From a virus (lineage: Duplodnaviria > Heunggongvirae > Uroviricota > Caudoviricetes): 64,000 nucleotides of DNA. The stretch covers positions 1 through 64,000 of IMG/VR virus record IMGVR_UViG_2576861193_000004. One strand, given 5' to 3'. Position numbers and translations under genes: made by a program. Under the pieces are notes generated by a model, which did no database searches, was not told the DNA's origin, and was given only the letters and a program-made list of their open reading frames with translations. Positions 36,441-46,700 of the stretch are shown here, piece by piece; position 1 is the stretch's first letter, and each line of letters opens with the position of its first letter.

Positions 36441-39400
36441 TCACAGACGGCCAATTCTTACTCGTAAGACGTTGTTATCGTCATAAACGTCAATCCGCTG
36501 ACCATTTATAACCAATCGCCCATTGCCGCCGCTATTACCGTTGATCTCCAGCGTTCCATTTTTGCCGAACCGCCATCCAGATCTACCGCTAACAAAATTG
36601 GTAGATTGCAGATCGCCTACTTTTGCATTGGTGATTGTGCCATCCTTGATATACGCTCCATTCATATAGGCGATACTGTTTTCGATAACAAATGGCGTTG
36701 TGATCTTCCCGTTAACAGAGTTGACCAAACCAAACCTGTCCGCCTGAACCAAAAACTGAGATAGCCCAGTGGTGTCAATACCAAGCGCAATACCGGCAAC
36801 ATACTTCTGCCCTCCGCTCGTTGAAGTCTCCATTTTCAACGTCCACGCGGTTGATACTTTTTTGTTGGTATCAGCAATAGCTGTTGCCTGCTGTTGAATT
36901 GTCGCGGTATTTCCATCCACCTCTGCTTTCAGAGTATCGATTCGCCCACTCAGAGCATTATCTGCCTGCGTTCTCGCTGTCGTTTCAGTTGTTACCGCCG
37001 CGGAAATGTTGGCTGCCGTTTGAGACTCTAAGTTTGTGATTTGAGTCGCCAATGCAGCATCTTGCTCTGTACGCGTTTTCGTTTCGGTTGCTACAGCCGC
37101 TTTAATATCCTCTTTGTATTGAGAGGTCAGCTTGGTGATCTGAGACGACAACGCCGAGTCAGCATCAGTTCGAGCCTGCGTTTCAACTGCAACGGCCGCA
37201 CTAATATCTTTCGCTGTCTGTGCTTTTAAACTTGAAACCTCTTTTGTTAAAGCGGTATCACCATCTGCACGAGCCGTTGTTTCTCTGGCAAGAGACGCCT
37301 CGAGATCATTAGCTTTTGCTGTAAGAGACGTAATCTGGGTAGACAATGCACTATCGGCATCAGTCCTTGCTTTTGTCTCTACAGCAACCGCTGCGGCAAT
37401 ATCAGTTCCGGTTTGTGCTCGCAGGCTGTTAATTTCTCGTGAGAGCGCCTGGTCAGCACTTGCCCTGGCCTCCTGCTCCTGAGTGATGGCAGCGGATATA
37501 TCACCGTCAACCTTTGACTGAAGCTGGTTTATTTGTTTGGCTAACGCAGAGTCCCCGCTTGCTCGAGCCTCCTGCTCACTACGTATTGCAGCAGAAATAT
37601 CATCATCAACCTTTGCCTGAAGTTGGGTGATCTGGCTTGCCAGAGCCGAATCTTCCGTTGCTCGGGCTTCTTGCTCTTCCTTAATAGCTGCGACGATATC
37701 GTTGCTTACTTTCGACTCAAGCTGAGTGATCTGTGTCGTCAGAGCTTCATCGGCAGATGTACGAGCCTCCTGCTCTGTACTAATCGCCGCGCTGATATCT
37801 CCTTCAAACTTAGATTGCAGCTGAGTGACACGCTTTGCCAACGCTTCATCGCCATCGGCACGAGCGGTGGACTCTTCCAGAATACTGGCCTTAATGTCTT
37901 CGCCAATTTCTACGCGAATTTCCTCAACCTTCGTGGCCATTGCAGACATATCATCAGCAAAGGTTTTCTGTGTTGTTGCGATCTTCGCGTTATTGACCAT
38001 CTGCTTGTGCTGGTCTTCATCTTGACGAAGAGCCAGGTCAATATTTGTTTTGGCTAACGCCTCAATGTTCGTAGTCAGTTCTGCACTGGCACGATCGACC
38101 TCTGCAACCGTCTTTTTCATTTCTTCAACGGCAGCGGAGCTTTCCTCTACCGTTGACTGCAACACTTCCAGTTGTTTAGCGTTTGCAGCATCGCCTTCAA
38201 CACGAGCCTCGCTTTCCTTAGCAATAAGAGCCGCCGCTTCATCTCTTGCAGCCTTTATTGCCTCGACTGTATTAGCGAGAGCTTTATCGTGTTCAGATAC
38301 GGTGTTTTCGATTTCAACAATTGCAGCATCAGTAGCATCAATTTTTTCAAACGCTTCATTGACCTTGTCGATCGTTGCCGAAACCTCACCTTTAAGCTCG
38401 GTTTGTGCGTTCTCCAAAGCATCGCTACGCTCGTTGAATTTTATTTCAAAATCCGCGAGGTTATCGCTGAACTGCTTATCTAATTCAGCTATATCTTCCT
38501 TAACGTCGTTTACCGACCCCTCCAAAGATTCGACGCTCTGGTTGATATGCTCATTTAACTCGTCAACTGCTTCTTGAGAGGCTTTGCTGTTGATGTCCTC
38601 AAGCAGAGCCTGACCAAGCTCGGAAGATGTAATTTTGCCAGTCAGGAACGACAGTACATCGCGAGTTGTCGCCTCTGTACCCAAGTTTGAGTTCGGAGGA
38701 CTTAACATACCTCGCTTGTTCGATGCTCGAACCCAGTAATACCACGTTTCGCTATCCCCAAGACCAGCATGTGTAAAGGTGGTGCTTGCAGACTCTGCGA
38801 TCAGTTTCGCCGTATCCAGATTGTTGGTCTGGGATGCGTAAACATTAATGTGATCAAGGTCTACCGAATCTGGATTAACCCAATTCAGTATCACATTACG
38901 ATAGTCTCCAACGGCCGTTAATGACGTTGGGGAATCCGGCGGTGTCATTGTGCCCAACACCTGATAAACGGTACTGATAATCTCTGTTTTTTTACCGTTG
39001 AATGAAACCGCATACAGCTGGAAGTCGTAGCGTCCATTCTCCGCGACATTAACGATTTCGTATTGCTCTTCGGTTACACGCGCCGATTGCCAGTTCGATA
39101 CATTGTTTTCATCAGAACGTCGCCAACTGATCCAATACTCTGGAGATTTCCCTTCCCATGTTGCAGTCAGTTTTACTGACAGGTTGCCAGGGCTTGAGAG
39201 ATAAGTCCCTTCGGTGATTTGCAAATTAGACGGCTTGGAGTAAGTCGGGTCCAATACCGTCGTATTCTGCGGGATAAGCGTTGCACCATTGTCGATTGCC
39301 TCATATTTAGACGGATTGTTCTCAACAGCGGTGATGTCAAAGCTACCCGGCGTTTCCCCCTGCGCGATGTTAACGATGCGAACGCGCATAGGTTCGAGAT

Positions 39401-41174
39401 CTGGTTCTGTAATAGTCCAGACGCCGTTCAAAACAGGCGTTTCAGCCGAAGACAGGGATTTTGAAAACGTAACTTTTGTTATATTTTCGCCAGTTTCAAG
39501 AACATCGCGTTCAACGATTTTGCCTTCATGATTCAGTATTCGAATAAAGCAGCCGCCTTTGGCTAACGACACCGGCGCATCGAGTGTGACGCTGTTTTTG
39601 GTAAACGCCACAATTCGACCTGAGTTACGTTTGCCTGCGCGATATTTGTTCTGAATCAGAACGGTTTCACCAGGCATCAGAAATGACGCGTCTAAGCCGG
39701 CAGTAAATGTAATTACATCCGACTCCATTCTGGCGGTATATAAAAGCCACAAACCAACTCGGTGAGCCTGCCCTCGGCTTGTACAGCCAAATGCTACGAC
39801 TTCTGTCTTACGCTCACCATAACGGCGCATTGCGTCCTGATCTTCAACGTACTCGATGTTTTGCTTATAACCGTCCTCCTTGTTGTTGTAGGTTACGAGC
39901 GCAACGGATGGGCGATCTTTACGCGCAGAACCTTTATAGGTAAACAATCCATCTTTGACGTTAGAGTTGGTAAACATCATTACCGGATCTGATGGGCTAT
40001 CCTGCATGATGTTAACCATGCCACCAGCCCAAAACACCATACCGCGGAATGCACCGGCAATATCCTGAATTAGTCGGTATGCGTCCTGTCGACTGGTGAT
40101 CTGCGTATTGATTGCAAAGCGTTTCTCTTTGCCACCAAAGCCATCATCGACCTCTTCGTCACAATATCGACCAATCTGGTACAACTGGCCAAGGTCAATC
40201 ATAGATTCCGACACATACTGACCAAGGCCATATCGAGCATTGGTCAGCAAATCAAAGAGAATCCACGCGGGGTTCGAAGAAGACAACAGCTTAAAAGTGC
40301 CATCCCATACCCCAGCGTAAGTGTTACTGGACTCGTTATAGTTTGAAGGTACTCGAATTTTTAGGCCACGCACCAGATAAGAGCGAGATGGCATGGTGCT
40401 GCCGAATTGCTCAGAGTTTACCTTCAATCCAACTAAAACAGAGTTTGGATAGTTCATCGGTGTATCGACAATTTCCCCGATTGAATCCACCCATGTATCG
40501 TTATAGAGATACTGGCTACTGTTATCATCGGTAATACGGACTACACGAACCTTGTATGCGCGTCCAGGCTTAGGCAGCTTCAGCTCGTAGCTACGGTAAT
40601 AAACGCCGGTCTTCTTTGCTGTTAGCTTAATGCCAACGCTTTTTTCACCTTCCGCGACCACATCTACAAATGTTGAGTCGCCATTTGCTATCTGGAACTT
40701 GTACTCAACAGTCGTACCGTTCGTGTCACCAGTTTTTTTATCTATGCTTCGCAAAGAAGGAAACTTCATGATGACACGAACCCGATCAGCTTCATCGTTA
40801 TCGATTGAAACCGTTACATAATGTGTTTTTTTTAACTGGATATTGACGGATTTAGGCGTTTCAACGAAATCAAAGCCAGACATTGGAGTCTGGTCTTGTG
40901 AACCGTCGCGAAAATCCCATGTGATTCCGCTGAAGTTGGAGGAACCGTCTTCATTTACAATCGGCAGATCGTCGATAAAAATAGATCTTGCGCCATTTAC
41001 TAAGCCGCCAATTACCCCTTCCCCAAGAAGATCGAGGATAGCGGCCATTGCACGAGAATTTACGGTATCGTCGGCTTCAACCGGTGTACGGCTGGAGCTT
41101 TTGCTGCTTTTTTTACCACCCGCACCGGCAATAAACAGCGGTAGCTTTTTCTTCTTGAACTGTTCCATGTTCAA
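36441..41174 (-). CDS. central tail fiber / host specificity protein (lambda gpJ-like) with embedded coiled-coil repeat rod
   Basis: 1577 aa; N-terminus resembles lambda J; about 13 tandem 32-aa repeats (ISAAI..EQEAR...D.AL..QI.QL.SKV). Confidence 0.85.
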   Translation of the reverse strand: MNMEQFKKKKLPLFIAGAGGKKSSKSSSRTPVEADDTVNSRAMAAILDLLGEGVIGGLVNGARSIFIDDLPIVNEDGSSNFSGITWDFRDGSQDQTPMSGFDFVETPKSVNIQLKKTHYVTVSIDNDEADRVRVIMKFPSLRSIDKKTGDTNGTTVEYKFQIANGDSTFVDVVAEGEKSVGIKLTAKKTGVYYRSYELKLPKPGRAYKVRVVRITDDNSSQYLYNDTWVDSIGEIVDTPMNYPNSVLVGLKVNSEQFGSTMPSRSYLVRGLKIRVPSNYNESSNTYAGVWDGTFKLLSSSNPAWILFDLLTNARYGLGQYVSESMIDLGQLYQIGRYCDEEVDDGFGGKEKRFAINTQITSRQDAYRLIQDIAGAFRGMVFWAGGMVNIMQDSPSDPVMMFTNSNVKDGLFTYKGSARKDRPSVALVTYNNKEDGYKQNIEYVEDQDAMRRYGERKTEVVAFGCTSRGQAHRVGLWLLYTARMESDVITFTAGLDASFLMPGETVLIQNKYRAGKRNSGRIVAFTKNSVTLDAPVSLAKGGCFIRILNHEGKIVERDVLETGENITKVTFSKSLSSAETPVLNGVWTITEPDLEPMRVRIVNIAQGETPGSFDITAVENNPSKYEAIDNGATLIPQNTTVLDPTYSKPSNLQITEGTYLSSPGNLSVKLTATWEGKSPEYWISWRRSDENNVSNWQSARVTEEQYEIVNVAENGRYDFQLYAVSFNGKKTEIISTVYQVLGTMTPPDSPTSLTAVGDYRNVILNWVNPDSVDLDHINVYASQTNNLDTAKLIAESASTTFTHAGLGDSETWYYWVRASNKRGMLSPPNSNLGTEATTRDVLSFLTGKITSSELGQALLEDINSKASQEAVDELNEHINQSVESLEGSVNDVKEDIAELDKQFSDNLADFEIKFNERSDALENAQTELKGEVSATIDKVNEAFEKIDATDAAIVEIENTVSEHDKALANTVEAIKAARDEAAALIAKESEARVEGDAANAKQLEVLQSTVEESSAAVEEMKKTVAEVDRASAELTTNIEALAKTNIDLALRQDEDQHKQMVNNAKIATTQKTFADDMSAMATKVEEIRVEIGEDIKASILEESTARADGDEALAKRVTQLQSKFEGDISAAISTEQEARTSADEALTTQITQLESKVSNDIVAAIKEEQEARATEDSALASQITQLQAKVDDDISAAIRSEQEARASGDSALAKQINQLQSKVDGDISAAITQEQEARASADQALSREINSLRAQTGTDIAAAVAVETKARTDADSALSTQITSLTAKANDLEASLARETTARADGDTALTKEVSSLKAQTAKDISAAVAVETQARTDADSALSSQITKLTSQYKEDIKAAVATETKTRTEQDAALATQITNLESQTAANISAAVTTETTARTQADNALSGRIDTLKAEVDGNTATIQQQATAIADTNKKVSTAWTLKMETSTSGGQKYVAGIALGIDTTGLSQFLVQADRFGLVNSVNGKITTPFVIENSIAYMNGAYIKDGTITNAKVGDLQSTNFVSGRSGWRFGKNGTLEINGNSGGNGRLVINGQRIDVYDDNNVLRVRIGRL
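36950..37900. repeat. tandem about 96-bp repeats encoding the coiled-coil heptad repeats of the J-like protein
   Basis: Periodic recurrence of near-identical DNA segments; generates spurious antisense ORFs (37041.., 37623.., 38050..). Confidence 0.7.
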
Positions 41175-41185
41175 AAAATCCTTGT

Positions 41186-41779
41186 TTACATTAGCTGGTC
41201 AATCGTGATTGAAGAACTCACAACCTGTGAGCCAACCAGAATTTCCTCGCCATAGATAAGTTGTACTGGGTTGCCCTGGTTTTCTGTATTTTGAGGGCCG
41301 TCGAAATAATAAGAGTTCGAGTTATCTGCCTGTCTCACACTTTCGTTAGTGGCTTGCGGCGATATGATTTGTGATATGCCGCCCATCATCAGTGACAAAC
41401 CGAGAGGTGCTAAAGCAGGCATCACTACCGCCGATACAACCAACAAAGCGGCCCCTACTACCGTCTGAAACCACCCAAAAGCAGATCCACCGCTTCCTCG
41501 CGGAACAGGTGTAATGCGGATTTTGGCAATGTTGTCAGACTGCCCCATCATCTGATATTCACTTTCGTCAACAGACCACTTGTGGCCCTGTTTATTGGTG
41601 ATCTGGATGTGGTAACGGTCATAGGTTTTGATATTGCGCTTCATCCATGCTTTAAACCCAGGCTTGTTGGCCTCAATTAAATCCAGAGCCTGTTTTGTAT
41701 TGCGCACCTTTAGATGCCAGTGGCGGCCAAAATGTTTGGCCATAGGGCCGCCAAGCTGCACATGAACTAACTCAGACAC
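41186..41779 (-). CDS. tail assembly protein (lambda gpI-like)
   Basis: 197 aa with C-terminal hydrophobic/Gly-rich region; position between K-like and J-like genes. Confidence 0.75.
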   Translation of the reverse strand: MSELVHVQLGGPMAKHFGRHWHLKVRNTKQALDLIEANKPGFKAWMKRNIKTYDRYHIQITNKQGHKWSVDESEYQMMGQSDNIAKIRITPVPRGSGGSAFGWFQTVVGAALLVVSAVVMPALAPLGLSLMMGGISQIISPQATNESVRQADNSNSYYFDGPQNTENQGNPVQLIYGEEILVGSQVVSSSITIDQLM

Positions 41780-42591
41780 GTCTCATCTCCCTTGAGCAAG
41801 TCTCTGTGACGCAAGTGATGCGTCGTATGTTTCTGATACATTCCGCCGTAATAAGCACGACAACTAAGACGGTCGATCTGGTGATGAAGAATCATTCCAT
41901 CGCCGATATAAACCGCGCAGTGATCTGGCATTTTCCCGTATTGAATAAAGAAGACGTCCCCACGTTGAGGCTCTGTTCCAGGCGCAAGCCGTACCAATCC
42001 TTCGTTTCGGTAGTTCTGGTCGAGAATGTCGTTATCGCCGGTGTACCACGATGGAATATGCAGGTGTGCGTTCGGGTTTAGTTCGACGTTAAACTCACGC
42101 TTCAAATAGTCCCGACACAACATCCAGCAATCAAATACGCCAAATACATACGGTCTGCCCAGGTATGGCATTTCGAAACCATCAGGTGTGATCACATTCA
42201 TCTCGCTAAAATGGAAAGGGGCATCTCCCTCAACATTCTTGCGAATAGCCAGAATCATCCACGGAACTTCCGTCGTTTCGCAGCCTGCACGATCGGCATA
42301 AGATGCTTCTGCTGATTCATCAGTATGTGAATGCCAGATTGCGATAACATCACCCGCATCCTCTGCCGCCATAATGTCGTCAACGTGCATTACAAAAGTG
42401 TTCTGCGGGTTCTCCGAAACATTCCGCGCTTCCATAAAGCGATATTTGTCGCCATTAGTTCTAACCAGAAAGCCACACGCTTCATTAGGGTAGCGATTTA
42501 TGGCGCAGAGATAGATTTGCTGCATAACGTCAGAGCCAAGCTCAGGGATTGCTTTATTACCCATACCGCGTAGCTCCAATAAATCCGCCAA
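41767..42591 (-). CDS. tail assembly protein (lambda gpK-like; JAB/MPN + NlpC/P60 domains)
   Basis: JAMM-type motif HSHTDESAEASYAD and a Cys/His peptidase-like region (DCWMLCRDY). Confidence 0.85.
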   Translation of the reverse strand: MADLLELRGMGNKAIPELGSDVMQQIYLCAINRYPNEACGFLVRTNGDKYRFMEARNVSENPQNTFVMHVDDIMAAEDAGDVIAIWHSHTDESAEASYADRAGCETTEVPWMILAIRKNVEGDAPFHFSEMNVITPDGFEMPYLGRPYVFGVFDCWMLCRDYLKREFNVELNPNAHLHIPSWYTGDNDILDQNYRNEGLVRLAPGTEPQRGDVFFIQYGKMPDHCAVYIGDGMILHHQIDRLSCRAYYGGMYQKHTTHHLRHRDLLKGDETCLS

Positions 42592-43255
42592 AATGGATCA
42601 CACCGTCGGCAAAATAATTCCGACGCGCATTACAGGCGTCATAACGTTTTGTGCAGTAATCCGCACCAGACATAGACGTCTGCTGGTTATTTTTGTCGAA
42701 ATATGGACCGGTATAGCCGCATTCTGGCCCTCGGTATTTCCACGGGCAGGTGTTTTTAATGATCTGACGATACGGCAGTTGCACCCCCATCAAATCGAAC
42801 ACACTGGACAATTCAAACTCGACAACCTGATGAGTTTCGAGAGTTTTCTGTTCGATAAACCACATTTCATCCGGGAAATGTTGGTTTGGATCTGCTGTTG
42901 GGTTGCCGTCTTTAAAATTAACGGCATCGAGGAAGCGAGCCAGCGTCATCTTGCGAATAATGCGGCAGCCAACAAGATCGTCGTTCGCCTGAACTTCCGC
43001 AGAGACGGTTCCGGCAAAGTTCGATACCTGAATTTTTGGACGTGGCAACGTTCCCTGGCCAGTTTTGTCAAAGCCTGATGCTTTGATTGGCCACGGCTCG
43101 TATGTCACTCCTTGCCAGACGACCGGTTGCATCAGTTCGTTTGTTCCGGCGTGGAAGAATAGCTTCCCCCCTGAAGTTGTGTTCGACATATCCAATACGA
43201 ACAACTCAATGAGTGCAGAGGGAGATAAGCTCTGAATATCAGCTTTAATTCCCAT
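42557..43255 (-). CDS. minor tail protein (lambda gpL-like)
   Basis: Start set to ATG 43255 (AAGGA Shine-Dalgarno 7 nt upstream); conserved Cys cluster CPWKYRGPECGY...C..C as in lambda gpL. Confidence 0.85.
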   Translation of the reverse strand: MGIKADIQSLSPSALIELFVLDMSNTTSGGKLFFHAGTNELMQPVVWQGVTYEPWPIKASGFDKTGQGTLPRPKIQVSNFAGTVSAEVQANDDLVGCRIIRKMTLARFLDAVNFKDGNPTADPNQHFPDEMWFIEQKTLETHQVVEFELSSVFDLMGVQLPYRQIIKNTCPWKYRGPECGYTGPYFDKNNQQTSMSGADYCTKRYDACNARRNYFADGVIHFGGFIGATRYG

Positions 43256-43337
43256 TGTTTCATCCTTGAAATAAGTAGGCGCTAACATCCTGTCAGCGCC
43301 ACAATGATAGTAAATTAGTACTTACTTATCCAGATGC

Positions 43338-43673
43338 TTAAGCCTCAAATACTTGTCTGAATGTAGCAGTTAAGACACAGTACCCCTGATATCGCTTGAC
43401 CGTATGACTGTCACATACAACTACAATCTGCTTGCCTCTTGGATTAACCCAATAGAACGATTCAACACCTGATCGCTCAGTCAGGAAGTCATCGATTGCA
43501 TTAATTTCGTTGTATGATCTGGTAAAGGTTAACGACCATTCTTCTTTAATACGATTAAGACCTTGAGCCTGTCGCTGCTCGTAGTCATCACCAAAATTAA
43601 GTACCGTTACATTCGGTTTTACGCTCTTTTCAGATTCGTAATCTGGATACCAATTAAACGTTTGTCTTTCCAT
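43338..43673 (-). CDS. minor tail protein (lambda gpM-like)
   Basis: 111 aa; position between tape measure and L-like genes. Confidence 0.75.
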   Translation of the reverse strand: MERQTFNWYPDYESEKSVKPNVTVLNFGDDYEQRQAQGLNRIKEEWSLTFTRSYNEINAIDDFLTERSGVESFYWVNPRGKQIVVVCDSHTVKRYQGYCVLTATFRQVFEA

Positions 43674-43715
43674 CTCACATCCTTGTGAGACTGCCCCGGT
43701 CGGGGCAGTCGATAG

Positions 43716-46700
43716 TTAGTTACGTTGAGTGTTTGGGTTGAGTGATCCGCCAGGGCGTTTCTCTTGAGCGATAGTCTCAAGCGCGATTGCTTTCATCCGT
43801 TGAGCGGCATTGTTCCATATGCTTTCTGTATCGCCGGATTCTGTCGTGCTACCGTCACTATGGACGTTGATCTCAATTGATACAGGAGAAAGAACATTTC
43901 CGCCTCCACTCATACCATCGGTACTGAGCGTTACAGGGATTGTTCGGCCATCAGGCAATGGAACATACGCCTCATTCATAGAACCTTCCCCAAACAACGC
44001 TAATTGAGGCGAGTTAGCAATACCGCCTTTCTGGTATGCCCGGAGCGGGATCACGCCGTCTTTTCCGAATATTCCTCCATTTGCAAACTTCGGGATTGCA
44101 GGAATGCCTTTAGTTCCGTCAGCCACACTGCTGGTTGCGGTTTTAGCAGAGCTTGATGTCACGCTGTCGAAACCACCGCCAGCCCAAGCTGAAACAAGAC
44201 CAGATGCAACCGTTGCTCCAAAACTCAACCACTTATTACCAGAGCCGGAAGCATTAGCTCCAAGCATTGCAAACGCGGCAGACAGCGCGCCGGTAACAGA
44301 GCTTAGGTTCTGCATCGAGAAGATGGAGTCCTTCACTGCTTTTGTCTCAGCATCTTTGGCTTCAGTGCTATCAAATAGCCCTGATACCCAGCTACCAATC
44401 GCATTTGTTGCTGTGCCAATTGCGCTGGTGGTCTGCTGTGTTGTTTGCCCCAATCCAGTTACCGAACTGGACGTCTCCTTCGTGGCTTCTCCTACTGACT
44501 TGTCGCCGTTAACAGTGTTACCCATTCGTACACCTTGATTGGCAACTGCGGAAGCAACCCCGGTGAGCAAATTACCACTCTGTAAACTACCAGCTGCGGT
44601 GGTTCCCATCCCCAACATGTTCATTAGAGGCAGCGTGATCTGCGACTTCACGACCATATTGGTGATATCTTTCAAAATGGACTGAGATAGGCTGGAGAAG
44701 CTCATCTTCCCGTTAATAACGAAATCAGTCAGGACATCAGTTAAGCCACTAAACAAATCAGTCCAGGTGCTTTCGATCTGCTCTGCCAGGTTTTCGTATT
44801 CCAGTGCCAACTTCTGCGTCGCAGTCCCCGTCTCTTTAATAAGCGCGGTATTGCCAGCAGCAATCAGTTGATTGATTTTCTTTGTATAAAGCGCCACAAC
44901 TTTAGGATCAGACGCCTTATCACGAAGTTCTATCAACGCTTTGAGATTGCGGTTGTAGGTGTCTTCGAAATCAGCAACTTTCTCTTCACGAGACGGCGTA
45001 TAGCCAGCACTAATAATGGAATCCGACTCCGGTGCCCAGGTGGAGATCATTTGCTCAACATTGCGGCGATTAAACATCTCGCGATATTCAGGTGTCGCAT
45101 TTTTGAGGTCTTCAAGACGTTTTTTCGCCTTGTCGATCATCTCTTGAGTGATGAACTCGTTAGGAACCGCATTAGCCAAATCAGTCAGCGATTTCGTTGT
45201 ATCGCGAAGAGACTGATCAAACGATACCGTAGCCTTAGAGCTTTCACCCATTTGCCCCATAAGCTGATCGGCTTTGTCCAGAGCCTTCTGGTATCCGGCT
45301 GCCAGTTTCTGTTGCGCTGCCTGTTCCTTCTTGGCCGCACGCTGCGAGGCGTTAGCTGATCGTTGGGCTGCTTTCTCGGCTGCTGCTGCATCCTGTTCAC
45401 GAGCTTTAGTCAGTGCGGCAATGGCTGCGGCACGCTCTTCATCGCTCATTTTCTCCAGAGAGCTGGCACTGGATGCTTTCTGCAAATTAAGCTGCGTCTT
45501 GAGTTGTTTAGGCCCAATAATCGGCTTACCTTCGAAGTCCATCATCGGAGTGCCGTCAGGCAAAGTACGTTGATAAGTCGCAGAATCCATCTGGTTTCGC
45601 ATATATTGCGCCAGCGCCTTCTGAGCTGCTTTATCAGTTGTACCTAACCCCAGAACAGTCCCCTGGTTTGACATTACGCCCTTACCAGTTTTGGCCGCGT
45701 TATCTCTCTCGAACTCTGCCTGAGTCAGTTCCTGAGCGACGACTTCCAAATTCTCCTGATAACCACGAATACTGCCTTGCAGTTTCTTGATCTGCTCGGT
45801 GTTTCCTTCCTTTTTCGCTTTTTCAAGCTGATCATTAAGAGTGGCTATTTGCCCCTCGACAGCATTCTTACGAGAAGAAAGTGAATCAACCAGTTTTTGC
45901 GCAGGCTCCAGATAGCTTTTGTTTACCGTTTCACGTAACGGTGCCAATAGTTTGTTCTTTTCGTCATCAGAAAGTGAATCGTCATCATTGATTTTTTGGA
46001 TCTTCTCCAGAGCCTCTTGACGAGCTTTAGCGAATGTTGCCGCAAAGTCTCTATTCTCTTCCCGTATTTTCTCTATCTGTGATTCTGCCGCATCTTTTGC
46101 AAGACGTTTGGCTACAGCAATGTCTCCGCGTTCAATTGCCCCAGTAGTTTTATCGCGTTTCTTACGAAGGTCATTTAGCTCATTTTCTATACGCTTACGT
46201 TCATCCTGATTAATCTTTACTGTAGTTCCGGCCATACCCGGCCCATAAACCACCTTTTCGCCAGATTTTAACTCTTGTTCCTTTTGCGTGATTTGTTGCT
46301 CAAGACGCGCTTTATACTCCGCCATTTGTGCACGTTTGGCCGCTGTCATCGCTTCTGGTATTTTCCTAATCTCGTCAACGACCTTTGAAGTTTCGCTGCG
46401 GAGCATGGTCATGTACGTGATTAGGCCAGCAACAGCTACAGTGGCAACTGTAAATGCTGCCCCTATAGGGTTTGCTGCAATGAACGCCGTTAATCCAGCA
46501 AAAGCGCCTTTAAGCCCCGTAATCGCCCCACGGATGGCGAAAATAAGAGAGGGGATCGGAGCCAGCCCCATACGTGCCGCACGATTGAATCGAGTTACTG
46601 CTGTAGCGCCGAGGTTAAATGGAGTCTGTATGGCGGTCGCCATCGTGGCAAAGGTGCTAACCATCTGGCTGCCTGCGCCAACTACCCCCATGATCCCTGC

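Noticed and set aside
37041-38577. Antisense ORFs within the J-like gene (37041.., 37623.., 37825.., 38050.., 38172..)
   Set aside because: Serine/leucine/cysteine-rich translations of the reverse strand of the coiled-coil repeat DNA; no start context; the sense-strand J protein is continuous.
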